Made by a program: the position numbers and the translations under genes. A model generated the notes under the pieces. That model saw only the letters and a program-made list of their open reading frames with translations. It was not told the DNA's origin and did no database searches. From Diplonema japonicum (Eukaryota; Protista; Euglenozoa: Diplonemea): a stretch of DNA of 64,000 nt. This document shows, in pieces, positions 12,571 through 24,178 of the stretch; within the stretch, counting starts at the first letter, position 1, and each line of letters opens with the position of its first letter. The DNA lies in assembly GCA_964019335.1 (NCBI GenBank), contig OZ025724.1, positions 372,001 to 436,000 on the forward strand, in the 5' to 3' direction.

Positions 12571-13236
12571 TCACCAAGGCTCCCCAGGATATGGCATCAC
12601 AGGACTGATAGCCAGCTGGTTTTGGTACTGTTCGTAATGATGCGTGAAGTCCTCTGTTTGCTTGCCCAGGGCATAGAGCTTTGTGAACTCTCTGCTGCTC
12701 ATTGTCAACGGCCCGACAGGCTTCCTAGTACACGGCTGGATCTGATCGATACGGACTGCCACGGCACCTGTGATCTTCTTCAGCTTGCTGATAGAGCAGA
12801 AGATTACACCTTTTTGGGGAAGCGAGTACAAGAAGTAATCGTCAGAGTACTCCCCTTGTCGTGGTTTCATCTGCTGTAGCTTTTCTTCTCTTGCAAGTTG
12901 AATTATTTCCTCCTCTAGGTAGAACCTGCCTCCTTCGTCTAGCATGGTGTCTACACGTCGTTTGTGCTTGGACGCCGAGTGCTCGGGGTTTGCTTTACGC
13001 GCCTTGTCCCTTCTTTTTTGGAGATCTTTTGTTTTTTGTCTGACGCTTAAGTGTGCGGTCCCCACGTGATCAGGACGGGCTGGGTCGCCCCACCATCCTC
13101 CCGGGTCCCCCAGGAATGGTAGCCCAGCTACTCGTTGTTGAGAGAGGGGTGGTCGAGCCCCATGGGTTCCAAGCCCAAGCTCCTCTTCGCTTTCAGAAGG
13201 GGTGCGGGGGCAGCTTTCTGATGAGCATGTGCTCAT
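12571..13236 (-). CDS. Hypothetical protein (~221 aa)
   Basis: GC-balanced open frame between homopolymer spacers; first ATG MSTCSSES at 13236; no recognised domain. Confidence 0.6.
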   Translation of the reverse strand: MSTCSSESCPRTPSESEEELGLGTHGARPPLSQQRVAGLPFLGDPGGWWGDPARPDHVGTAHLSVRQKTKDLQKRRDKARKANPEHSASKHKRRVDTMLDEGGRFYLEEEIIQLAREEKLQQMKPRQGEYSDDYFLYSLPQKGVIFCSISKLKKITGAVAVRIDQIQPCTRKPVGPLTMSSREFTKLYALGKQTEDFTHHYEQYQNQLAISPVMPYPGEPW

Positions 13237-14000
13237 GCAGCGCGAGTTCGCTGTTTGGCAGATTCTCCCCTCCTCTCGCCTGCCCCCGCTGAGCGAGCCA
13301 CTCTTTTTCCCTTTCACCTCCCCTACCCTCCCCCCTCCCTCCCTCCCTCCACCTTTGTTTTTTTTTATGTTGTTGTGGTTTAAAAAAAAAAAGGAAAAAA
13401 AAAAGTTGACAGTTTTTTTTTGGGGGGGGAAGAAATTCAGATTCTTTTTTTTTTTTTTGCAATGTTAGAAGGGGGAGGGGGAAAAAAAAAAAGAAAAGGC
13501 CGGTCCCCCCCCCCCCTTTTTTTCCCAAAATACAACAATGATGTGAGCTCGAGGGAGGGGATAGAATCAAAATTTAAAAATTACTGTGAGGAGGAAACGA
13601 AAGTGAAGAGTACTTTTTCCTCCCCGTTTTTTTTTTTTTTTTTTTCTTCTTTTCTTCTATGACTATTTGAAACTATTTGCAAAAGAAGAAGATTCTGGTC
13701 TTTTCTTTTTTTCTTGCTGTTCAGGAGTCGTTTGTTGATTTTTTTTTTCTTTCGTATTGTTCTTTTTTTTTTTCTGTTTTTTCTGTTTTTTCCCCCCCCC
13801 CCATTCCAGGCGAGCTCATAATTCAAATTTTGCACACGCAAACTACAGGGGAAAAAAGAAGGAGGGGGAAAAAAAGTTTTTTTTAAAGAAAGGCTTCAAA
13901 GGACTCTTTAAAGAAAGAGTTTTTTTTTTTTTTTCCCGGAACGCTTGAACTTTCCCTTAAGATGAAAGAGAAGCGACCATATATATAATACAAGGACAAA

Positions 14001-14032
<32 letters not shown>

Positions 14033-14053
14033 AAAAAGAAAAAGAAAAGAAAA

Positions 14054-16216
14054 TCACGTAAAGTTGACCATGCTGACAACAACATCAGGAAAGCGGACCC
14101 TCTTGCGCACCGACGGGCACGCGTCCCACAACCCAGACATGGTGGCCTCGATGAGGTGGCAGGCATCATGCCTTGACATCCGGCAAATAATATGGTGAAG
14201 CTCACCGCCCTGCGCATCAACAAGAGGGACCAAGTCCCTGTCGGGGATAATGTTTGACGCAATCTTGTGAACGGTGTCCTCGTCAGGAATCCCAAACTTC
14301 TTATGTGACAGCAAAATGCCCGGACCATGGAACCCAACGGCCAGCGAACCAGTATGGGCACCGGCTATCATCCCAATCGCTGACCCCAGACTGTGACCCG
14401 TGAGGACCACCTGCGAGCCTTGTCTCTGGCGGACCTTCACTGCCTCCGACACACCTTCCCAATAGTACTGAAGTTTGTCACGTTTCACAAAATCATACAA
14501 ACCAAGATTGTCAGAAATACTTGAAACATATATCGCGCTCGCGACCAACGTCTTTGGGAACAACCCGAAGAACGGGAAGATGTGCGACAGGATCTGGTAG
14601 GCCCCTACCTCCACATACATTGACACGTCCTGCAGCATGTCGGTGAAGGAGAGCGGGTTCGTTCCCCTTATGGAAATGACGTGTAAGTCACGGGACGGAG
14701 AGTAGATTTCATAAAATGTTGCCGAGTTGATCCCCTCGGAGCTTTGGTCGGTCACGAGCTGCCAGTCCGCCGTCAGGCTGTCCGACATGTAGCTGTTTAG
14801 GTATTTCAGCGATTTCTCGAAGTCGGTTCTGTTGAGGTAAGAGGACAGCGAGAAATACGACAATTCAAAAGCACCAAGCCCTGCCCACTCCCGGGTGCAC
14901 AGGATGGGGTACTCGTCACGTGTCCCGCGTGCGGGCGATGAAACATTCTTGAACTCAATTTTTGAAACGATGTTTTTTATAGCGAACCCGCCGTTTCCGT
15001 CCTCCAGCAACACCGCTGAAGCTCGGTCAGCAGCACCGTTGGTTATCAAGCCCTGTCCCAAGCTCCCTATCGTCAGCCCGAGGATTAACGACAGACCGAA
15101 GCCGCCCATCAATCTGATCAAGCGTCTGAACCGGATCCTCCATTTCAACTGCTTCCTCTCCATCCCTGTTTCGTCGGATGGCTTTCCTATCAAGCTTTTG
15201 AGGAGGTGAATCTCGTACGCGTCGCATGCAAGCTTCGACAGAACCTTCGCTTTGTTCTTTGCGTACACGAAGGGCACCCTTCCCGTCGAGGTCTCGAACA
15301 CGGTGGTCGCACGAACGAAGTGCGACGCAAGCGCGATCGCCGACATCACCGCAGTGTCAACGCTGGGGATGTACACGACTGCCCACATCCCCCACAACAT
15401 GTGGGCACTCATCAGAATGGTCACGTCGATGAAAAACGCGGAGTTGTGATAAAGCCACGACGCTGAGTTAATAAGATCCCCCGCCGCTAGGGTCAGAACG
15501 GTAATGAGGTTCAGGGTAATATGAGGCAGCAGCAGTTGTGTTGATGTTGTGACCGCAAAGTCCGAAGCCGCAGGCAAGTCCGCCAGTAAAGTATCGATAA
15601 CAAAGTTCAGCGAGATCAACCCGAAGGAGATGTCTCGTATCTTGGGCACGATCCACACCCAGTACTCTTCAAAAAAACTGGATTTTTCTTTTTCTAGTTG
15701 GAAGGACAGGCCTGTGACGGTGATGAAGATGGCCTCTATGGCGATGATGGCCAAGGCGGTGGAGCTGAGGTTGGCCGTCGACCAGGTAAGAACAGAAGCA
15801 CCGACTACCGTCCAGACCCACCAAAAGAAAACAGGGTACTGGTCTAGACACAACACAAGCCGCCGCTTCAGGTTGACATACTGGCACGGGCCTTGCGAGT
15901 AAAAACAGTCGACCATGGTGTCCGCCATCACCGTCAGCAAGCGGTAACCGAGGAACACCAGAACCAGTATGCCGTAGATATATGGGGGGACGGTGGTCAA
16001 CAGTACCCAGTAGCCGTCACCAGAGAGAGGTACCAGAAGATGATAGGCGCAGTGCAAAGCTGTGTTCAGAAGATACACCAGCACAGTCGCCATCACCGGG
16101 ATGTACAGGTAGCTGAAGTACATCCTCGCTGCCGTCTCGACTATGGGGATGTCGGCATCGACGGAGAAGACGGTTTTGAGGCCCCAGACATAGAGTTTTA
16201 TCAGTTTTGTAAACAT
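14054..16216 (-). CDS. Multi-pass membrane class-3 lipase
   Basis: ATG at 16216 after poly-A; many hydrophobic segments; ISIRGT, VLTGHSLG, DLVP, C-terminal His. Confidence 0.88.
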   Translation of the reverse strand: MFTKLIKLYVWGLKTVFSVDADIPIVETAARMYFSYLYIPVMATVLVYLLNTALHCAYHLLVPLSGDGYWVLLTTVPPYIYGILVLVFLGYRLLTVMADTMVDCFYSQGPCQYVNLKRRLVLCLDQYPVFFWWVWTVVGASVLTWSTANLSSTALAIIAIEAIFITVTGLSFQLEKEKSSFFEEYWVWIVPKIRDISFGLISLNFVIDTLLADLPAASDFAVTTSTQLLLPHITLNLITVLTLAAGDLINSASWLYHNSAFFIDVTILMSAHMLWGMWAVVYIPSVDTAVMSAIALASHFVRATTVFETSTGRVPFVYAKNKAKVLSKLACDAYEIHLLKSLIGKPSDETGMERKQLKWRIRFRRLIRLMGGFGLSLILGLTIGSLGQGLITNGAADRASAVLLEDGNGGFAIKNIVSKIEFKNVSSPARGTRDEYPILCTREWAGLGAFELSYFSLSSYLNRTDFEKSLKYLNSYMSDSLTADWQLVTDQSSEGINSATFYEIYSPSRDLHVISIRGTNPLSFTDMLQDVSMYVEVGAYQILSHIFPFFGLFPKTLVASAIYVSSISDNLGLYDFVKRDKLQYYWEGVSEAVKVRQRQGSQVVLTGHSLGSAIGMIAGAHTGSLAVGFHGPGILLSHKKFGIPDEDTVHKIASNIIPDRDLVPLVDAQGGELHHIICRMSRHDACHLIEATMSGLWDACPSVRKRVRFPDVVVSMVNFT

Positions 16217-16621
16217 TTTCTTTTTTTTTTTTGCATTCTCTGAGATGGCGATGGAGATGGGAGGGGAAAGAGGGGGGAAAAGAAAAGTCACGCACGGTGC
16301 GTTGGTATCAACAAAACTCGATCTTTTAACGCCAAACAGTTGCACCTTTTGTGACGTTGGATCATAATATAGGGAAAGGAGTAGGAAAGAGAGCCAGAAA
16401 TGGGGGGGGGGGTGAAAAGCAAACACTAAAAATGAAAAATCATTTGCAGGCGCACGAATGTCCTGTTGGGGGGGGGGGTGTTTTTTTTTTTTTTTTTTTT
16501 TTTTTTGCGTCAAGCATGGTCTGTGCACCACAATTTTTCGTTTTGTTCTTTTCTTTTTTTTTTTTCCTTCTTTTTTGCCGTTATCCGGTTTACAGTAACC
16601 CAAGAGTGAAAATAATAACTC

Positions 16622-16673
<52 letters not shown>

Positions 16674-16716
16674 GTGTTAGTTAAAGTGATTACATCTGTC
16701 TCGAAAGAAAAAGAAA

Positions 16717-16758
16717 ATTCACTATGATAGGAACGAAGTGGTTAGCAACGGCCCGCCA
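16717..16758. repeat. 42-bp exact dispersed repeat, copy 2
   Basis: Identical to 11521-11562. Confidence 0.9.
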
Positions 16759-17162
16759 AAAAAAGAATGAGGGAGGGCAAGAAAAATCTTTTTCGGGATG
16801 GGAACCAGTCCTCACTATGTCTCGCACACAGGATCCATTATTTATGAGGTCACCTAACCTACCGCTAAGAGAGACAGGAAAAAAAAAAAAAAAAAAAAAA
16901 AAAGAAGAAGAAAAGAACTGACTGAATTGAAAAAAAGAATATTTTAAAAGAAAAGGAAACTAACCAGAGACAGGGGGGCGTGCTCATGGCCGAGCACGCA
17001 CTCCAGGTACCAATGATCAGCCATAGTGGGTGTCGACGCCAACGGGGAACTAGATATGTAAACACCCGGAGGGGGGAGGGGACTAAACGACAACACGCCG
17101 GTTCATAGTTCGCAGAACTTACTTCAGGGGGGGGGGGGGGGGGGAGAAAGAAGAGATATTCC

Positions 17163-17193
<31 letters not shown>

Positions 17194-17337
17194 CCTGGGA
17201 CACCCTTTTTCTTTCTACTTTCTATTTCCCCCACAAAATCTTAAGAGAAAAACCCCCAACAGCTCAAGCACACATATGGAAAGAAAGAACAATGCTCCCT
17301 TTTTTTTTCTTTTCCTTTTTTTTTTCTTTTTTATTTC

Positions 17338-18149
17338 ACTCTTCAGAAATTACTTCACGCACTGGGGGGGCCATTACTTCACGCTAAATCTCATTACTTC
17401 ACGGTGAAATAATGGCCTGTTTTCCGTGAAGTAATAGGGTGTTTCCGTTAAATAATATGCCTCGGTAGGCCAATTTTTGCCTCGGTTCGGTTCCCAGTGG
17501 GGCTACTTTTTCCTCTCAGTTTGCTATTTCCCCCCAGGTTCAGCTCAATTGGCCAACTTTTGCCTCGGCTCAGTTCCAAGTTGGACTACTTTTTCCTCCC
17601 AATTTGCCCACTTTTGGCTAGGCCTTGTTCCCAGTTTCTGTGGGTAACTCTTCTGTGGGTAAGGGTAACTTAGTCAGCTTACCCAAGCACCCCAAAAGAC
17701 TTCAAAATACCGAAGCAGCAGAAAAAAAGGAGCCAGCGGCCGCGCTAGGTATGGGAAGGCCTGATTAGAGATGGTGACAGTGGCAATGCCAGCGACAGCG
17801 GCGGCTCTTAGTCAACAAAAGGAGGAAAAACAACTTGTATTGTAACCTTTGTAACCCCTCTCTTGTTGTACCCCTTGTCACCCTGTTGTGCCCCTCGTGG
17901 TGAAGTAATTTCAGAGTGTCGTGAAATAAAACCACTTACCTACCGCCAAGTAATGCTTTACCGACCTCTCGGTTCCGCATTTTACCATCTCGGGCCCTGC
18001 GGGCCCGAGACGGTAAAATGCGGAACCGAGAGGTAACGGTAAAGTCATTACTTGTTGGCAGTAAATAGCTATTTTTTTTTTTTCGGAAATAGGCTATTAC
18101 TTCACCGTGAAGTCATGAAGCCGAGAGCGTTACGTAATTTCAGAAGAGT
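17338..18149. mobile_element. Non-coding TIR element with long internal hairpin
   Basis: 16-bp TIR actcttcagaaattac / gtaatttcagaagagt (1 mismatch); repeated attacttcac; 34-bp-arm hairpin at 17964-18034. Confidence 0.7.
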
Positions 18150-18596
18150 AAAAAGAAAATGAATGAAAAGAGAGAAAGAAATTGCTCTGGGGTGATTTTA
18201 GGAGCTGTGAACGCTTATTGAATGCTGTCTAAAACGCCTGGAAAGAAGAAGAAAAAGAAGGCGATGTTTAAGGGCAAATCCCACTTGAGGACCGCCCTTA
18301 AAAGAATAAACTGAAGAATAAAAAAAGGAAGGAGGACAAATGAGCGGGGGGGGGGGGGGGGAGAATTAGAAAAGGGGGAAGAAAGAACAAAGCAAAACAT
18401 CGCAAAAAAAAAGAAATGCTTTTTTTTTTCGTTTTTTATTTTACCCCACTCTTTTTTTTTTTTTTTTTTTTTAAAAAGAATTTCCCCTTGGCTAAACTGA
18501 TAGTAGTGTGACGATACCAGATTAAATCGGCTTAACAAAGAAAAGAAGAAGAAAAAAGCAAAAGAGAATAAAAAAAAAAAAAAACCTAACCTAAAA

Positions 18597-21230
18597 CTAA
18601 AGAACAAACTCGACATCCTCGTCATAAACCACCGCCATTGCAGGTTCAGTGACTTCATCATCATCCTCCACATGTGCTTGGCGAGGGTCGCAGCAGCAGA
18701 AACAACAACAAGAATTGCGTGGCGGTATAGTGGTCCGAGACCACTTAGGGAGCGTGGTGTTCGGCAAAGGGGACGCATCAAGGTAACTAGCCGCCAGCGC
18801 CGCTTGGTAGTTCGTGATACTGTGGGCGATGGCAGAGTTCCACAAGAATCGTGTTGGGGAGAACATGCGCTCGAGCATCGGGGGGTCGGTGGCCAGCCAC
18901 CCGTTGCCCACACCAAGCACCACGTAAGTCCCAACATGCCGATTGCCCACTGTAAGCCTTGCCCTTGTCACTAAGTCGTTCTCATTGACAACACGATAGC
19001 ATTTTGGGACAACCTGATTGTAGCACTTTGCAAAACCTTTGTTACCGACAAGCGGGCACCCGAATGTCCACACCTCCACTGGGCAGACTCTTAAGGACAC
19101 TGTGAAGCTACACAGGACAGCCATCGCTGCGCCCAACGAGTGGCCTGTGATGAGCATCGGGCGGCCTGCTCGGTACCTCATCACGCAGTCGAGCACCTTG
19201 TCGCGTAAGGCCTGCCACAGAGTGAGGAAGCCCTTGTGGACCTGCGGGGATTTCGTGACGCAGCACCCACCTGTGTGCGTGGTGATCTGAACCTCGTCCC
19301 AAGGCACACGGGGGACCTTGATGTCGTCGAGCCAGTTTTGTATGTTGGAAGACCCTCTGAAGGCAATGAAGAAGTAATTGTTCACAGTGCCCATCAACAC
19401 CTGCATTCCGCTGTGCTTCACAACATGGTGAAGGTGGTAATGCGAGCTTTTCTGCAACACCGCAGCAGGTTTTTTCGTGTTCTCGACAGACGGGCTTTTT
19501 CGAGGCTGGTGGTGCTCACGTCCTCGGTCAGCAACAACGGACGCGAGTACAACAAGCGCTCCGACAGCGGACGACGTAGCTGCCGACTTTGTGTCCAGCT
19601 TGTAGCACTCCGCGGACAGATGGCATGCTAGTAAACACGTTTCGTAGTCGAAGGCGTTGAAATGCATGTCCTTCACAGGCGGCAGCAGCATCCCGTTCTG
19701 CTGGATGGGCCCGCCGATGTTCTCTTGCAAAGACCAAAAGGTGTCCTCCTCCTCTTTAGTGATGAACCGGTAAAGGCACAAACTCCCGGGAGTCGAGTGC
19801 ATCCATGCCAACCATTCAGGACGCCATTTGACCGTCTTCCAGTCGTTGGTGATGGGTGACGGGGGCACCTTGTCGTACTCCGTTTGTAAATAAACAGGTG
19901 TTGTGCATATGAGCAAAATGTGTGACCCGAGGCTTGAGAAGACAACTGCACCAGTTGTACCGAAAGCAGGGGTGTCCTCGTCCACACGTGTGGTGGCAAG
20001 AACGGCATAGAGGACTTCGCAAAAGACGATGACGGTGAACATCCTTCCCAACAGCTGGCGGTCGCGGGTTTTGAAGTATGAGGTGTGTTTGAGAGCGTTG
20101 AAACCCAGCCTGAAACACCCTATCCCATTGAGCCCCACGATGACCCTCATGAAGAGGGCTACCTTCACAACAGAGTTCATAAGGGATATAATGTAGGATC
20201 CCGTCTTCATCTCCAGATTGATGCTGGAGGGAATGGTTGCGCTCGTGGACATGTTATCGATGCAGAACGCAAGCTGCAGAACTCCTAACACCAGTATTGT
20301 GCCCAACAGGCGGTACAGCATCACGGGCAGCGTGTTGACGTCCTTCTCAACAGCAACGGTGAAGCCCCACAACAAACCCAAGGAAGCATGAGTGTACAGT
20401 TGAGGCAGTTGATACAGCAACACACCGATCACCCCGTTTGTGGAAGGGAAGACAGCGAGGAAACTAAACGGGTTGCAATACACCACCGTGAGGATGGTGT
20501 TCAAAAGAATAATGCCTTGTTCAGGACGAAGCGCGTCTCGTGCGTTTAAACACCGGTCAGCGTAGCGGAAGAAATGGTACACAAGGGAGGCACCCATTGT
20601 GTACCTCGCCACGACCTGTGTCATAACGTACCCGGCTGACTTAACCTGCAGCTCCACGCTCGGGTGGTTGCCACTCGTTGCGTTCTCATTGTACGTCATG
20701 ACAACAATGCCTGTTAAGTTCCCTTCAGAAGGTATCCCCGTTCCGCTTTTTGAAGGGAGATACTCATCTTCACCACATCTTATGAGAGTGCAGTAGACTT
20801 CTTCTGACCCTAGCGAGCTACTGATGACACTCCCTGTCCCGTCAAGGATTGTTGAGTTGTAGGAAACAGGGAAATGTGTGTTTTCCAAGTCGAAGCTGCT
20901 GAAGAGTAGTTTTATGCGGACGTAAGAGAGGAATGTGATGAGACCGGGGTCTTTGTTTATTGTCCATTGTTTTTGTCCGTTTTCCATTTGCACCGGTCCC
21001 TCCATTTTGGTCACTTTGTACCCTAAGAATGAGTCGGTGGCGCTGTTGTTGATGGCGTAGGCCATGGTGGCGATAAGCACGAAGATCATTATCCACACCT
21101 CCATCCTCGTGGCAATCTCAACTTTGATGACGCCGGCTTGCCTGCACTTCTTCTCCCGCTTGCTTGACCCGGGTTCCTCATGTACCAGCATTGGTGAGAA
21201 CAGTTTCCAGCACTTTAGTACATTCGCCAT
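18597..21230 (-). CDS. Multi-pass membrane class-3 lipase with TMEM181/Wntless-like N-terminal region
   Basis: IAFRGS, VHKGF, ITGHSLGAA, TFGCPLVGN, RVVNENDLV, AHSITNY; TM region contains EQ....L..L...YCNPF. Confidence 0.88.
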   Translation of the reverse strand: MANVLKCWKLFSPMLVHEEPGSSKREKKCRQAGVIKVEIATRMEVWIMIFVLIATMAYAINNSATDSFLGYKVTKMEGPVQMENGQKQWTINKDPGLITFLSYVRIKLLFSSFDLENTHFPVSYNSTILDGTGSVISSSLGSEEVYCTLIRCGEDEYLPSKSGTGIPSEGNLTGIVVMTYNENATSGNHPSVELQVKSAGYVMTQVVARYTMGASLVYHFFRYADRCLNARDALRPEQGIILLNTILTVVYCNPFSFLAVFPSTNGVIGVLLYQLPQLYTHASLGLLWGFTVAVEKDVNTLPVMLYRLLGTILVLGVLQLAFCIDNMSTSATIPSSINLEMKTGSYIISLMNSVVKVALFMRVIVGLNGIGCFRLGFNALKHTSYFKTRDRQLLGRMFTVIVFCEVLYAVLATTRVDEDTPAFGTTGAVVFSSLGSHILLICTTPVYLQTEYDKVPPSPITNDWKTVKWRPEWLAWMHSTPGSLCLYRFITKEEEDTFWSLQENIGGPIQQNGMLLPPVKDMHFNAFDYETCLLACHLSAECYKLDTKSAATSSAVGALVVLASVVADRGREHHQPRKSPSVENTKKPAAVLQKSSHYHLHHVVKHSGMQVLMGTVNNYFFIAFRGSSNIQNWLDDIKVPRVPWDEVQITTHTGGCCVTKSPQVHKGFLTLWQALRDKVLDCVMRYRAGRPMLITGHSLGAAMAVLCSFTVSLRVCPVEVWTFGCPLVGNKGFAKCYNQVVPKCYRVVNENDLVTRARLTVGNRHVGTYVVLGVGNGWLATDPPMLERMFSPTRFLWNSAIAHSITNYQAALAASYLDASPLPNTTLPKWSRTTIPPRNSCCCFCCCDPRQAHVEDDDEVTEPAMAVVYDEDVEFVL

Positions 21231-21384
21231 TTTTTTTTTGAGGGGGTATTCCCCTCACCCCCTTCTTCCTGCTTCTCTTTTTTTTTTTTTTTTTTTTTTA
21301 TTATGAGTTTAAGAAGTAAAAAAACTAGATTTTTTTTTTTCAAAAGAAACGAAAAAAATAAGAGATGAGATAAAGGAGTTTCCT

Positions 21385-21417
<33 letters not shown>

Positions 21418-21559
21418 GAACAACCTCCCTTTGTCTCTCACTTATCTACCCCATTTCCCCCTTCTGGGGTACCTCAAATAAAGAATGGAACAAAGAAAAA
21501 AGGGGGGGAAATTAAGATTCTGTCATTTATTCAGAGTGGTGTGCGTGGAGGGATGAGTG

Positions 21560-21605
<46 letters not shown>

Positions 21606-22858
21606 TCAGGTTATCTAGAAAATAAAATGGGGTGCCTTTCGTCATTTGGCATACTCCACCTTTACTCGAAAAAAAAAAAAAAGAAAAGAAAAAAGAAGAA
21701 GAAGAAGAAGAAAGAAGGGGAAATGGGTTCATTTATTTTGCCATTTGCAACTGGGTGCGGGTATCAAACACAACCCCTTTGCCGGCTTTGACCAACTTAC
21801 TGTAGAGACTTTTGAACGCTCGCAGATATGTACGATTTTCTTTTTTTTTTTTTTCTTTTTTTTTTTTCTCCGAATGAACCAATAAAGAAAAATACGAAAC
21901 AGAGGAAGAAGAACTTAGAAAGGGTGGATGCATTGTGAACTAGGGTAAAAGTACTTTTGTCGGTGCAAGCCCTTCCTCGGAAAGGGTGTCAGCCACCCCT
22001 ACCCCCCTCCCCCGACCCCACACACACAAGTTATTGCCAAGGGACAAGAATGAAACAAAAAGAAGAAGAAAAAAAAGAGTGGGGTACCAGAGGCAAGAAA
22101 TTTATGGGAAAAAGATATAAATATTATTAAAAAAAAAGGAAAAGTATAGTGGCCGTTGCTACGTGTGGGGGTGGAACCCGGCCTATGCCCCCTTTTGTAT
22201 AAACAAGTCCAAACGATGCAAAAAACAGGGAAGTAATTATTTGTATTCTTATAAAAAAATAAGAAAACTATAGAGTTGGGGGGGGGGGGGGGGGGGGGTG
22301 TGCTTCCCTTTTTTTTTTTTTTTTTTGAGAAGGGCCATCCATCAATATGTAGAGAGAGAAAAAGAAAGAAAAAAACACAGGAAAGGGAAAAAAAAAAGAA
22401 AAAAAAAATGGCTGCCCTTCGGGCCATTATCACATTCACCCCCCTGACCTATGTTACCACTCATCCCAATTCCACGTTGCGCACAGTAGTGGGGAGGGGG
22501 GGGATACACTTCTATGAAATGCTATGCTGGAAAAAAAAAGAAAAGGTCCTTTTAAAAAGTTTCAGTGTGCAGGGGAGTGCTCACTGGTTCACACTCTCAC
22601 CTTAACATTAGCAGGGATAGCTGTGCTCTCCTTTGCTGCGCCAGATATCGCATCCTATTGGCTCCGTGAGCAAGTCTTAGTCGTCAGCGTATGCCTACGA
22701 GTGACCAGCAGGTGGTCTGCTCACGTCTTGCTCCAACCGGACCATGAGAAAAGAAAATCCTTACCCTCACCACAAAACGAAAAAAAAGGGGCTAGACAAA
22801 AGAAAGGGGGGGGTTAAAAAAAAGGCAGGAAGATTCTCTTTTTTTTTTTTTTTTTTTT

Positions 22859-24178
22859 TCACGCATCACAGGAACCCCTGTAGGCTGCGAATTCAGATTG
22901 AAGCTGCATAAACTGGTGTTTCAACGACCGCCCGGTCCTTGCAGGGGGCAGGGTGGCGGTGTTGAAGGAATGGTTCCGGAGGGAGCTTTGCGAAGACGCA
23001 GCCACATAGCCGAACCCAGAAGAGAGAGTCACGCCTTGCATCCGTTCCCGGAATTTCGAGACCTCGTCATCCACATGCTCCTGAGGGTTCAGAGCCTGCT
23101 CCGCTTCACCTAGCTCATCCTCTTCCAAGAACGCAACGTATTCCGAAAGATCTTGCTGCTGTATGCTGGCGGTCATGTCCTTTTCAGGCTTGGGAACCCA
23201 ACCGGAGTTCTGCGTGACCTCCAACCGAGGTGTCCACTGCGAAAGGATAGATGGTGTGTCAGGAGGTGAGACAGAAGTACTCCCGAATTTAAATGTCCCA
23301 ATCTTAGACAGTGACGAGGTCGACTGCAGACTTCCAGGCGTCGGTGTCAGTGCGAAAGGAGGCGGTGGTGTGTTTGACACAACAGTCCCAGTACCTTTCC
23401 CTCCACTGCTTGGTATCTGAACAGGTAACGACCTACCATGCACCCCCATAGGGCTTGAGAACGATGTGTTCCCCATGCTTGGGTTGGACTTGGTGAAAGG
23501 AGGCGGGATGGCTGCTTGGTCCTGCCCTCGATTCACATAATCCCCGATAATACTGTAAGTAATGGGTTCCGTAGGAGGCTCCATGTCGGGGATGACGGAA
23601 GCGTAGCTGGCTTTGATCTGAACGTTGAAGGAGCCTGGCATGTTGAGGGGTGCGAAGGTACGGGTTTCCTGCAAGGAGCTGAACCTCACAGTGCCTTCGA
23701 AAGGCACACCATTGGAAGTGAATGCGGACCCTGGGTGGAGCACACCTGTACGGGTGTCGAGGCAGTTGATGGGGCAGACGAAGAAATCGACTTTATTACG
23801 CTTCAAGCCTAACGGGAGAAGGCGTGTGGCAGTGTGGATGCTCCTCATGAGCAGCCTTGCGACGGTCAGCTCCTCGCGTTCCTTGATGACTCGGTGTTCC
23901 TGGAGGGTACCTTCGCTTCTTTCGATGGACCATAGTTCGAGTAAGATGGCAGGGCCGGTGCCACCGCCGCTGAACACACCTATGCACAAACCGCTTCTTG
24001 AGCCAGCCATGACCTTCTCTACTGCTTTGTCTACCTCGTCGATGGCTTCTATGTCTAGATGTAAGATTTCAAATGCTGCCGCCACTCGTTTTCCTGACCT
24101 GCACCCTTCACGCCTCGCTGACAGGACTGTGTGTGTCACGCCTTCTAGTATCTGGTTCCATAGTTTTGAGACAAACAT
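22859..24178 (-). CDS. ATG13: ATG13-like protein (HORMA domain plus S/P-rich disordered tail)
   Basis: KLWNQI......VLSAR, ILLELW and LLMRSIHTATRLLP fit the ATG13 HORMA pattern (LLE.W; LLRSL....R.LP); long Ser/Pro-rich C-terminus. Confidence 0.65.
   Translation of the reverse strand: MFVSKLWNQILEGVTHTVLSARREGCRSGKRVAAAFEILHLDIEAIDEVDKAVEKVMAGSRSGLCIGVFSGGGTGPAILLELWSIERSEGTLQEHRVIKEREELTVARLLMRSIHTATRLLPLGLKRNKVDFFVCPINCLDTRTGVLHPGSAFTSNGVPFEGTVRFSSLQETRTFAPLNMPGSFNVQIKASYASVIPDMEPPTEPITYSIIGDYVNRGQDQAAIPPPFTKSNPSMGNTSFSSPMGVHGRSLPVQIPSSGGKGTGTVVSNTPPPPFALTPTPGSLQSTSSLSKIGTFKFGSTSVSPPDTPSILSQWTPRLEVTQNSGWVPKPEKDMTASIQQQDLSEYVAFLEEDELGEAEQALNPQEHVDDEVSKFRERMQGVTLSSGFGYVAASSQSSLRNHSFNTATLPPARTGRSLKHQFMQLQSEFAAYRGSCDA

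Noticed and set aside
22560-22750. Complex-sequence island in a spacer (also 16960-17125 and 25700-25990)
   Set aside because: No credible ORF, RNA motif or second copy seen
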